This document shows positions 8,068-17,377 of a DNA stretch of 20,663 bases, piece by piece (positions within the stretch are counted from its first letter, which is position 1; every line of letters starts with the position of its first letter). Source of the DNA: Candidatus Altarchaeum sp. (lineage in GTDB: Archaea; Altiarchaeota; Altiarchaeia; Altiarchaeales; Altiarchaeaceae); the NCBI GenBank assembly GCA_018260615.1, contig JAGWDQ010000135.1, positions 1 through 20,663 of the forward strand, read 5' to 3'. A program made the position numbers and the translations under genes. Below the pieces are notes generated by a model. That model worked only from the letters and a program-made list of their open reading frames with translations, had not been told where the DNA came from and ran no database searches.

Positions 8068-9108
8068 ATGATAGAGTCCGTTTTTTTATTGACGGTTCCG
8101 GTTGCAATACTTGTTATCATAATTCTGATTTTTGATTTTATTAACGGGTTTCATGATACTGCAAATCAGGTAAGTCCGGCAATCGGAGCAAAGGCATTAA
8201 AGCCGAGAGATGCTGTTTTGCTTGCAGTAATATTTAATTTTGCCGGACCTTTTGTTTTGGGCACAGAGGTAGCAAATACAATTGGAAAGATAGTGGATAC
8301 AGATACAGAAGCATGGCAACTTTTGCCCGCAGATTTTGCTTTAACGGTAATTGGGTGTGCAATACTTGCAGCAATTGCGTGGAATTTAATCACATGGTGG
8401 AAAGGAATTCCGTCTTCGTCAAGTCATGCCCTCGTCGGAGGTGTTGTCGGTGCAGCGGCGGTAGCAATCGGATTTGGGGCAATAAATCAGGAAGCAATAA
8501 CAAAAACAATAAACGGGTTACTTTTTTCTCCGTTAATTGCATTTATTTTTGCATTTTTACTGACAATATTGATTTTTTGGATCACCTTCAAAATTTTAAA
8601 AAACAGTCCGAAATCAGGAAAAATTTATAAATACTCTCAGATTTTCTTTGTAATATGGACCGGTCTGGCTCACGGAGGAAATGATGCGACAAAATCAATG
8701 GGAATAATCGGATTAGTTTTGCTTATTACCGGAATAACGACCTCATTTATAATTCCTTTGTGGGCAATAGTTTCATGTTCATTGGCGATGGCACTTGGAA
8801 CTGCAATTGGCGGATTTAAGATAATAAGAACTATGGCAAAGAAAATGACAAAATTAAGTCCTGATTTGGGATTTGCTGCACAGGCGGGAAATTCATTGGT
8901 TTTAACTGCCGGAACATTAACCGGATTTCCGATGTCAACAACACATGTAATAACCACGAGCATTATGGGGGCGGGAAGTGCAAAGGGATTCAAGCGCGTG
9001 CAGTGGGGGTTGGGAAAAAGTATAGTTCTTGCGTGGATTTTAACAATTCCGATAACAGCGGTTATTGCAGGGTTCTTGGTAGTTCTGGCAAAAATTTTAT
9101 TTTTTTAA
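8068..9108 (+). CDS. pit: PiT-family inorganic phosphate transporter (copy 3, more divergent)
   Basis: NGFHDTAN, PSSSSHALVGG, HGGNDATK and PMSTTH signatures. Confidence 0.95.
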   Translation: MIESVFLLTVPVAILVIIILIFDFINGFHDTANQVSPAIGAKALKPRDAVLLAVIFNFAGPFVLGTEVANTIGKIVDTDTEAWQLLPADFALTVIGCAILAAIAWNLITWWKGIPSSSSHALVGGVVGAAAVAIGFGAINQEAITKTINGLLFSPLIAFIFAFLLTILIFWITFKILKNSPKSGKIYKYSQIFFVIWTGLAHGGNDATKSMGIIGLVLLITGITTSFIIPLWAIVSCSLAMALGTAIGGFKIIRTMAKKMTKLSPDLGFAAQAGNSLVLTAGTLTGFPMSTTHVITTSIMGAGSAKGFKRVQWGLGKSIVLAWILTIPITAVIAGFLVVLAKILFF

Positions 9109-9202
9109 ATTTCTTTTTAAGAAACAGGTTTAAAATTTATTTAAATATTTATACTTTTATTTATAATTAGTATATACGAAATAATTAACTGATATATTCT
9201 GT

Positions 9203-9280
9203 GGGGCATCCGGCTTCAATGGTTTTTGTATTGTGAAAAACAAACAACCCCTTTTTCACTTTATTTTGGCTGGATGCCCC
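9203..9280 (+). other. GC-rich nested stem-loop in the leader of the giant surface-protein gene; candidate cis-regulatory RNA
   Basis: GGGGCATCCGGC (9203-9214) pairs with GCTGGATGCCCC (9269-9280) with one G-U. Inner stem is GTGAAAAA/TTTTTCAC (9233-9240/9252-9259). Confidence 0.55.
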
Positions 9281-9337
9281 TAAAATTAATAAAATAATCA
9301 GGTAATCAGATAAAATTTAAATTTAAAAACAAACAAA

Positions 9338-12300
9338 ATGAGCCGAAAAATTTATAAATTCGGGAAAATTTTGACAATATCTGTGCTATGTCTGATATTT
9401 TTAGCAATGATTATGGGGGGCGTTTATGCAGATGTTTGTAATTGCAGTTCTTGTGGGGAATGTAATGAAAAGTTAAATGAGACATCCTGTTCTGTCGTGA
9501 ATTTGAATGCAAGCATAATAAATCAAACGGGAAGTTGTATTAATAATCCTGTAAATTTCAACAATAAAATTTTTGACTGCCAGGGAAATGCAATTAATGG
9601 TAATGGGGTAGATGAGTGGGGAACAGATGCAGGAATTTATTTATCCGATAAGCAAAACAACACAATTAAAAATTGCATAATTACTGGCTTTTATCACGGA
9701 ATTTATATTATTAATAATTCCAATTTCAATCAAATTTCAAATAATGAAATTTCAAATAATGCTATTGGAATTTTTTCAAATGCTGCGGATTCAACAATAA
9801 ACAGCAATTATGTCTGTGAAAATACACAATCGGATTTTAATTCAAGTGAATGGCTTTCAAGTTCAGGCGACAACAACACATGTGATAAAGCAGGTATATG
9901 GAACGACACAAATAAAAAAGGATGCGCACATACCTGCTATGAAACCGAATGTAAATTTGGCTTTTATCTAAGCAGAACGATAAGTGAGGAAGTTGACTCT
10001 GAAATTTCAGACATTCAAGTTTATGATATTGACATGGACGGAATTAGCGAAATAATCACAACAACAGCAAGATATATCTCATGGGATTCCTGCGGAAATT
10101 CCACGATGAAAATTTTCAAAAACAATTATGGAAATTTGGTTGAAATCTGGAATACAACAATGAATGGGAACATTGTCTTTACATTCTCTGACATTGACAA
10201 CGACAACAAGAGCGAAATTATAGTAAGAAGTGATTGTTCCAATTACTACAATAGAGACAATAACAGATATAAAATTTATGTATTTGACGACAGCACTTTA
10301 AATTTCACAAAAATCACTGAAATTGACTTAAAAATTTACGCCCCTGATTTGCTATTTACGGGAATAAATTTCAGCAAGACAAATATTTCACATAACGACA
10401 ACATCACAATAACTTTAAAAATTTTAAACAACGGTTCAACGAATGCTGTAAATGCGAGGGTTGAACTGAATGTAATGAATAATTTAAAGAACTTATATGC
10501 AGTAACATATCTGAATATATCTGCTTATGCGGAAGCAACAACGGAATTTAACTGGACAGCAACATTCGGAAAGAACGAAATTTACGGCGAAATTGACCGC
10601 ATGAACGAAATCGCTGAAATTAACGAATCAAATAATAAAATTTATGCAAATTTAACGGTTATTGACTCAAACCCGCCGCACATAGTCCTCATTTCTCCGG
10701 CAAATAATTCAATAATTAACGGAAATTTGCTGGAATTTGGTATTACCGATGATGTTGGTGTTGATACGGTAAGATTTACAATTAACAACTGGGGTTTTAA
10801 GAACTTAAGTTATCCTTACTATATTCCTACAACAACTTTATCTTCCGGGAAATACAACATAACCATTATTGCAAACGACACTTCCGGAAATAGTGCATAC
10901 GCAACATTTTCATTTACTGTTGATTCGACCCCTCCTACTGTTATATTTTCAATGCTGGAACATATCCGCATCAATGAGAGTGCAAATATTGAAATTTTTG
11001 CAGATGTTGATGATGACAGTGCAGTTAAGGATGTTTATGCAGAAATTTATTTTGATGCTCAAATTTCACAAATTTCTCTGAATTACGATGAAAGAAGCGG
11101 AAAGTGGAAAGGAAATTTTGAAGGAAAGGCAGGATATTATGCAATTAAAATAATAGCAACGGATGCACTTGGAAATATAAATGACTCTGAAATTGAGGAA
11201 TTCGATGTTTCAAAAATTTTAAATTCAACCGTGGAAAACTCGTTAGTAATTGCTTCAATAATAGAAAATTCCGAATTAAAGAACAGCGAAATTATTGCAT
11301 CTGTTGTTAAGGACTCGTTTTTAAATTACACCAATATAAATTTATCCGAAATAGAAACGGTTTCAGCGGAGAATTCAAAATTTGAAAGTTCAATATTATT
11401 TAGGTGCAATGCGATTAACAGCACGATAATAAGAACTGATTTGAAATCATCGCGAATGCTTGGAAATGTGCTGCTTGTTGAGCCGACATTCGTAAATGCT
11501 ACTATTATAGATGGGGTATTGCTCAATGGAAGTATCATTGACAATGGAGCAATACAGCCGGCAAATGCGGGGGCGAAAATAGGGGCAAAGGCAGGTGCCA
11601 AAGTCGGATCCAAAGTCGGGGCGAAAATAGGAGCAAGCATTGGTGCCAAGATTGGTGCCAAGATTGGTGCATGTATAGGAGCAAAAATAGGTGCAAAAAT
11701 CGGACCTGGAACTGGATTAATAATTGCAGATACAGATAAAGACAATAAGAAAGAGATAATTACAGCCATGAATCAGGTCTATGTTTTTGAGAATGACGGA
11801 AATAATAACTTTATAAAAATATGGAACAGCAACACAATTGGAGAAAGTATAAGCGAAATTTTAATCAACGACACTGATAATGACGGAAATTTGGAAATTA
11901 TCGCATCCGCATACAATAAAATTTATATCTTTGAAAATACAGGAGATAATACTTATGCAGAAATATCAGCTTACAGCGGAATCGGGAGGATTTCAAATTT
12001 AATTGTTGATGACTTAAACAACGACGGAAAGAAGGAAATTTTATTCAGAAATTCCGAAGGAATTCACATACTTGAAAACAACGGAAGCAAAATTTCAGAA
12101 ATTGCAAATTATACGAGCTATACTGATAATTTGTGGATTGATGACTTAAACAACGACGGAAAGAAAGAGATAATTTATTACAAAACGAGCCGGATAAACT
12201 ATGTGTGCAGATATGATTACTATTATTCTTGCGGGTATAATTGCGGATATTGTGAAACAACCATCGGTATACTTGGGAATGACGGCGACAATCATTACAA

Positions 12301-15300
12301 TGAGGTATCAAATACATCAATGCAGGGATATGTTTGGATTAATGGAATGTTCTTTGACGACTTAAATAATGACGGAATAAAGGAAATTTTAATCGCAGGC
12401 GATAAATTTTACATACTTGAAAGCAGGGGAAATAATTTTTATGCAAAGACATACGATTCCGGAAATGAACTTGGAAATATTCAAAAAATTTTATTTGAAG
12501 ATGTTGATAATGACAGCAAAAAGGAAATTGTTGTTTTAAGCAGGGACTATATTTATGCAAATTATAGTTATCAAATAAAAAGTAAAATTTCCGTTTATGA
12601 AATTAATGAATGTGGCGGGATTTTTGTTTCAAAGACAACAGAAAAGCCCAAATATCTGTGGGGCGAGGAATTTAATTACATGCTCACCGTAAAAGCAACA
12701 AATTTTACAGATATTATAATTAAAGACAACCTTTCTGAATGTTTTGAATTTATGGGAAGCAATATGGCAGGCGAATTACAAAATGGAACAGTTGTATGGA
12801 ATATAAGTTCCTGCGAAATCTGTAAATTAAATTTAAAGGTAAAGGTGAAAGAAGGTTGCGGAGGGAATGTAATAAACGATGTTTTTGCGGAAGTAAACAA
12901 AGAAGGATTCAATTACAACAATTCTGCATCGGCGAGCATTTATATCCAACCACCAAGCGTTACATCATGGCAATCTCCTTCCTGGCAGTGGCACAGGCCA
13001 AGTGATAATAACGGATTATCTTCACTGACAATAACCATTAAAGTGCAGGGAAAATTAAGAAATGTAACCTTTATTGATACCTTACCTGATGGCTCACGAC
13101 TTTTAAATATCTCTCTTACTCCGACTTATGAAATTTCAGGCAACACAACAAGATTACTATGGAATTTGGGAGATATGGAAAACGAAATAAAAACAATAAA
13201 TTTAACGATGGATTTTCCAAACATTTCAAATGTATGGCTGAATAATTATGTTTATGTGAAGGGGCAATATCTGAACGGAATCGCTGAGCATTCTGGTTAT
13301 GCGAGAATAAGGATTGGCGACTATATTGATCCTGTATGGGTTTTTGTTGAGCCGGTAAATGATACGCGACTTCCGAATGATACGGTTAAATTTAAAATAA
13401 CGACAATACTTGAAGCAAATACAACCACCAGAAATGTTGTAACATTCTTTACAATGCCTGCTGAATTTAAGCTGATAACCGCAACCGGAAATTTCACAAT
13501 TATAAAGACAGACAAAACAACACTGAAATGGCATGTTGATGGTCCATTTGAATCAGGAGTTAATACGACATTCACTTATGAAGTAATTGGAAAAATTTTA
13601 GGCAATACATCTCCAGGAATTTTGACGGCAAATGTAGAGGCATACAGCGATGTTGTTGATAAAATTGAAGAAGATCATACAAATTCAACAATTATTATTC
13701 CATTCTGCAATGGAAATTGCTCAAACAACGAATTTTGCAATAAAACGATGAATCAATGTGTGTCAAAGAAGAATAACAACAGCACCTGCAATACGAACGA
13801 GGAATGTATGAGTAATAATTGTTTTAATGGAATTTGTAGACACGGTTTGCCAGATCTTGTTGCTGAAATTGATTATTATCCAAAAAATGCAAGTGTTGGA
13901 GATACTATAACTGTGATTACTACTATAAAAAATGTTGGAGAGGTTAATGTAACTAATTTATTTATTAGAGACATCAAACCTACGGTGATGAACCCCCCAT
14001 ATCCTCCAACCAACATATCTGCAAATTCAGAAAAAAATTGGACATTTAATTGGACGCTAAGATATGGAAAGGATAAGATAAGGTTGATAGTAGATGAGTA
14101 TAGTCAAATAAATGAAACAAATGAGACCAATAATGAGGCGACATTGATTTTTGATTTTCCTATATTTATAAAAACAGATAAAAAGACATATAAAACAGGA
14201 GAGACCATAAATATAAGCATTATAGGAAATTATGGTTGGGGCAGCATAAATGTTTATTACAATACATATCCTTTTAAAATATTTAAATTTGAAAATAATA
14301 CATGGAAGGAAATAATATACGATCACATGTATTTCTATGGTGCAGGTTTTCCACCTTCTTGTGAAAATGGAACAATAAAAATATTGCCCTGCTGTGTTGA
14401 GCCGGTTTGGCCACGGTGTGAATCTGTTAGTATCAATTATTCATCAATTTGGGATCAAGGAAACTGGATTTACGCAAATTTAACCTGCGGCAATACATTT
14501 TATAACAAATGGATATATGTTCCCGTAAGTTCTGGAATATACAAAATTGAGGTGTATTACAGTTCATATAACAATTTTGGGTGTAGTGATGAATATGTAG
14601 AATCAGACAATTTTACAATTTTACAAAATTGTTCTTCTGACTCTGATTGTAAATATGGTGAAAAATGTATTAATGAAATTTGTAGACACAGTTTGCCAGA
14701 TATTGTTGCTGAAATTGATTATTATCCCAAAAATGCAAGTATTGGAGACAACGTCACAGTAGTACAAACAATAAAGAATTTGGGCAATATTAATTTAACT
14801 GATGTGAGAATAATTTATACAGATTCTTACTTTGCATATATACAGCCACATGCAGGTTTTAACATTTCTGCGAATTCTGAAATAAATTTTACATTCAACT
14901 TCACCGTTAAGTGTGGAGTCAATTATAGTAAATTTAAAATTATAACAAAAGCAGATACGAATAATGCAATAAATGAAATAAATGAAAGTAATAACAATGC
15001 AATGTTAATTTTTGATTTTCCAATTTCTCCACTTGATTTGGTTGCCGAAATAAATTATTCTCCCTCGAACGCTTCTCCGGGAGATAATGTTGCAATAGTG
15101 CAAAAAATTAAAAATTTGGGTGAATGTAATTTGACAAATGTACGAATTGCATTCAGAGACTCTTATTCAAGTAAACTGGCGTATTTTAATCTTTCCGCGA
15201 ATTCTGAAATAAATTTCACACTCAATTTCACTGTTAGATATGGGAAATTTACAGTTGAAACAATAGTAGATTTTGATAATAAGGTGGATGAAACCAATGA

Positions 15301-16579
15301 AACCAATAATAATGCAACATTGATTTTTGATTTTCTCGTTTCAGTGAGAACAGATAAAACAATATACGTTCTTGGAGAAACCGTAAATATAAGTATCATT
15401 GGTAACTGGTCGGATTCTATTGGTGTAATTTACCCAAGTACGTCGCCGTTGGACATCAAATTCCATATTTTCAAATTTGAAAATGAAAGTTGGAATGAAA
15501 TAATAGTAAGCCATCCATTTCAATCTCCTAAATATTGTAAAAATGGGACACTATATTCTGCATTAGGTGATCCTATATTTCGAGATTGCCATATAATTAC
15601 TGTGAACTCATCACGGGGCTGGGATCAAACACAACCGAATCGTGTAAATTTGACCTGTGGAAATAAGACATATAACAGATGGGAAAGATTACTTGTCAAT
15701 CCAGGGATATACAAAGCTGTATTACATTACACTGGATACTATTATTACTCCCCTTATTATTCATCCCATCAATGTAGTGGAGATAGATTCTATGCAGAAT
15801 CCAACAATTTCACAATTTTACAAAATTGTTCTTCCGACTCTAATTGTGCTTATGGTGAAAAATGTATTAATGAAACATGCTTGCCAGTTCAAAATTATTG
15901 TGAAAATACTTCTCAATGTGCTGATAATCAAATATGTGTAAATAATACATGTTCAAATTTATTCTGTGAGTATTGGCAAATTGCAAGAAATCATGGTTGT
16001 ATAAAAAATAATGATGTTGTTTATGGTGGAAGTTCAGGCGGGAATTCCGGAGATGTAACACAATATGTAACACAAATACAACCAACTACAGCAAACAAAA
16101 CAAACGAATCAGTAAATAAATCAGCAGAAAAGCAAAATGAAACAAAAACGGAGAAACAGAATATAACCGAAGGAAAAATTTTAAAAATAATACCTGAAAA
16201 TAAGAGCGTTATTGCAGGAGAGAAATTTAATGTTAAAATTGTTGATAATGAAGGAAATGCCGTAGAAAATGTAACCGTTAATTACAACGGAATTATCAAA
16301 TTTACTAACTTTGAAGGAAAGGTTGAATTTGTTGCTTTTAACGAAAGTGTTGAATTAAAGGCGAGTAAAGATGGCTATAAAGAGACCGGTGAATCCAAAG
16401 TTACCATAACTCCGGTATTAAAAGCAGAAAATGGCAATGGCGGGAAAGACAATGGTAAAATTTCAGAAGAAACAAAACAAACTAACCCTGATGATAAACT
16501 GCCATTGGTTATGCTCGTTGCAATAATAACATCAATTGTTACGATACTATTGTTGTTGAAGATGTTTAAAAAGAAGTGA
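9338..16579 (+). CDS. giant secreted, membrane-anchored mosaic surface glycoprotein / putative adhesin (beta-helix, FG-GAP-like repeats, CARDB, Ig-like, DUF11-like and Cys-rich modules)
   Basis: N-terminal signal peptide (~31 aa), eight DxDxD(G) loops, four PDL...E.NE.NN CARDB-type domains, many N-x-S/T sequons, C-terminal TM helix (16499-16558) and KMFKKK tail. Confidence 0.9.
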   Translation: MSRKIYKFGKILTISVLCLIFLAMIMGGVYADVCNCSSCGECNEKLNETSCSVVNLNASIINQTGSCINNPVNFNNKIFDCQGNAINGNGVDEWGTDAGIYLSDKQNNTIKNCIITGFYHGIYIINNSNFNQISNNEISNNAIGIFSNAADSTINSNYVCENTQSDFNSSEWLSSSGDNNTCDKAGIWNDTNKKGCAHTCYETECKFGFYLSRTISEEVDSEISDIQVYDIDMDGISEIITTTARYISWDSCGNSTMKIFKNNYGNLVEIWNTTMNGNIVFTFSDIDNDNKSEIIVRSDCSNYYNRDNNRYKIYVFDDSTLNFTKITEIDLKIYAPDLLFTGINFSKTNISHNDNITITLKILNNGSTNAVNARVELNVMNNLKNLYAVTYLNISAYAEATTEFNWTATFGKNEIYGEIDRMNEIAEINESNNKIYANLTVIDSNPPHIVLISPANNSIINGNLLEFGITDDVGVDTVRFTINNWGFKNLSYPYYIPTTTLSSGKYNITIIANDTSGNSAYATFSFTVDSTPPTVIFSMLEHIRINESANIEIFADVDDDSAVKDVYAEIYFDAQISQISLNYDERSGKWKGNFEGKAGYYAIKIIATDALGNINDSEIEEFDVSKILNSTVENSLVIASIIENSELKNSEIIASVVKDSFLNYTNINLSEIETVSAENSKFESSILFRCNAINSTIIRTDLKSSRMLGNVLLVEPTFVNATIIDGVLLNGSIIDNGAIQPANAGAKIGAKAGAKVGSKVGAKIGASIGAKIGAKIGACIGAKIGAKIGPGTGLIIADTDKDNKKEIITAMNQVYVFENDGNNNFIKIWNSNTIGESISEILINDTDNDGNLEIIASAYNKIYIFENTGDNTYAEISAYSGIGRISNLIVDDLNNDGKKEILFRNSEGIHILENNGSKISEIANYTSYTDNLWIDDLNNDGKKEIIYYKTSRINYVCRYDYYYSCGYNCGYCETTIGILGNDGDNHYNEVSNTSMQGYVWINGMFFDDLNNDGIKEILIAGDKFYILESRGNNFYAKTYDSGNELGNIQKILFEDVDNDSKKEIVVLSRDYIYANYSYQIKSKISVYEINECGGIFVSKTTEKPKYLWGEEFNYMLTVKATNFTDIIIKDNLSECFEFMGSNMAGELQNGTVVWNISSCEICKLNLKVKVKEGCGGNVINDVFAEVNKEGFNYNNSASASIYIQPPSVTSWQSPSWQWHRPSDNNGLSSLTITIKVQGKLRNVTFIDTLPDGSRLLNISLTPTYEISGNTTRLLWNLGDMENEIKTINLTMDFPNISNVWLNNYVYVKGQYLNGIAEHSGYARIRIGDYIDPVWVFVEPVNDTRLPNDTVKFKITTILEANTTTRNVVTFFTMPAEFKLITATGNFTIIKTDKTTLKWHVDGPFESGVNTTFTYEVIGKILGNTSPGILTANVEAYSDVVDKIEEDHTNSTIIIPFCNGNCSNNEFCNKTMNQCVSKKNNNSTCNTNEECMSNNCFNGICRHGLPDLVAEIDYYPKNASVGDTITVITTIKNVGEVNVTNLFIRDIKPTVMNPPYPPTNISANSEKNWTFNWTLRYGKDKIRLIVDEYSQINETNETNNEATLIFDFPIFIKTDKKTYKTGETINISIIGNYGWGSINVYYNTYPFKIFKFENNTWKEIIYDHMYFYGAGFPPSCENGTIKILPCCVEPVWPRCESVSINYSSIWDQGNWIYANLTCGNTFYNKWIYVPVSSGIYKIEVYYSSYNNFGCSDEYVESDNFTILQNCSSDSDCKYGEKCINEICRHSLPDIVAEIDYYPKNASIGDNVTVVQTIKNLGNINLTDVRIIYTDSYFAYIQPHAGFNISANSEINFTFNFTVKCGVNYSKFKIITKADTNNAINEINESNNNAMLIFDFPISPLDLVAEINYSPSNASPGDNVAIVQKIKNLGECNLTNVRIAFRDSYSSKLAYFNLSANSEINFTLNFTVRYGKFTVETIVDFDNKVDETNETNNNATLIFDFLVSVRTDKTIYVLGETVNISIIGNWSDSIGVIYPSTSPLDIKFHIFKFENESWNEIIVSHPFQSPKYCKNGTLYSALGDPIFRDCHIITVNSSRGWDQTQPNRVNLTCGNKTYNRWERLLVNPGIYKAVLHYTGYYYYSPYYSSHQCSGDRFYAESNNFTILQNCSSDSNCAYGEKCINETCLPVQNYCENTSQCADNQICVNNTCSNLFCEYWQIARNHGCIKNNDVVYGGSSGGNSGDVTQYVTQIQPTTANKTNESVNKSAEKQNETKTEKQNITEGKILKIIPENKSVIAGEKFNVKIVDNEGNAVENVTVNYNGIIKFTNFEGKVEFVAFNESVELKASKDGYKETGESKVTITPVLKAENGNGGKDNGKISEETKQTNPDDKLPLVMLVAIITSIVTILLLLKMFKKK
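11570..11704 (+). repeat. coding tetrapeptide repeat (G-A-K-I)x11
   Basis: GAKI GAKA GAKV GSKV GAKI GASI GAKI GAKI GACI GAKI GAKI G. Confidence 0.95.
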
Positions 16580-16720
16580 TGAAATTTAAAGTAATTTAAG
16601 GTTGTAGGCGGGCTTGCATAACAATTTCTTATCATCTAAAAAACACCATCTCCATTCTGGGTGCTGACCCACTAAAATTGGGATAATTAATGTTTGTCTA
16701 TAAACTCACAATTTTTGTCA

Positions 16721-16801
16721 TTTAGGAGCAAAGCGACTAAATATCCGAACGGAGTGAGGTTATTTACGAATGAAATGAGTAAATATCCGAACGGAGTGAG
16801 G
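16721..16801 (+). repeat. cluster of four GA/GA mini-hairpins
   Basis: TTTAG-GA-GC-AAA-GC-GA-CTAAA, CC-GA-AC-GGA-GT-GA-GG (x2) and TATTTAC-GA-AT-GAA-AT-GA-GTAAATA. Confidence 0.85.
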
Positions 16802-16877
16802 TTAAAAACATAATAATTTACCTTGCTTGAAAAATATAATTTTTAAGCAGATTTTTAAAAAATCTCTCACAAAATAA

Positions 16878-17240
16878 TTATCCCAATTTAAAGGGATGAG
16901 TACCAAAAACAGCACCATACTCATTTTTGAGTGTATAGTCAAAACCGGAAATTTTATTTTCCATATCGCTATGTCCGGCAACTGTCCAGTTATAATAATA
17001 ATCCTGTGCATTGAGCATATATTTTTCTTCAACGGAAACGGTGTATTGATAAAATTTTATGCGGTCAATTGTGTTAATGATTTCGGTTTTTAAAATTTCG
17101 GGGGTTAAATTTTGTATATTTTTATCAGGTAGTCAGGTTTCTGCATTTTCAAGACAGCCGGAAAGTAAAATTACAATTATGATTCCTATTATTGCTATTA
17201 TTTTGAACGAATTTTTAATTGTTGAATTTTTACCATCCAT
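16878..17240 (-). pseudogene. archaeal lipoprotein gene interrupted by an in-frame TGA at codon 36
   Basis: Manual translation MDGKNSTIKNSFKIIAIIGIIIVILLSGCLENAET*LPDKNIQNLTPEILKTEII...HPFKLG*. Lipobox is LLSGC. Confidence 0.7.
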
Positions 17241-17377
17241 TTTAAAATTTGTTTGTTGATTAAAAGAACAGGAAAATCAGAAAAATATAGGAATTTAACA
17301 GCGGTTATTCTCAATTAGCAATAACACAATAAAAAAATTAAAGAGTTTTAGTACGCAGTTAGACAAAAAAAATTGTT

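Noticed and set aside
12170-15800. DGR variable region suggested by Tyr-rich loops with NNY codons
   Set aside because: No reverse transcriptase and no template/variable repeat pair differing at adenines in the window.
9338-16579. Assignment as hamus subunit or S-layer protein, or an archaeosortase substrate
   Set aside because: No S-layer domain or PGF/PEF-CTERM motif was recognised; the architecture is a generic mosaic adhesin.
16600-16690. tRNA or ncRNA downstream of the giant gene
   Set aside because: No cloverleaf, T-loop or convincing stems found.
16721-16801. mini-CRISPR (AAATATCCGAACGGAGTGAGGTTA x2)
   Set aside because: Only two copies, and the intervening DNA is itself a hairpin of the same family.
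17133-17135. TGA recoding (selenocysteine or alternative genetic code)
   Set aside because: TGA terminates intact genes here (4840, 7138, 16579). No redox motif context or SECIS was recognised.
17352-17360. TACGCAGTT as a third end of the MITE-like element
   Set aside because: Only a 9-bp match with no partner; could be chance.
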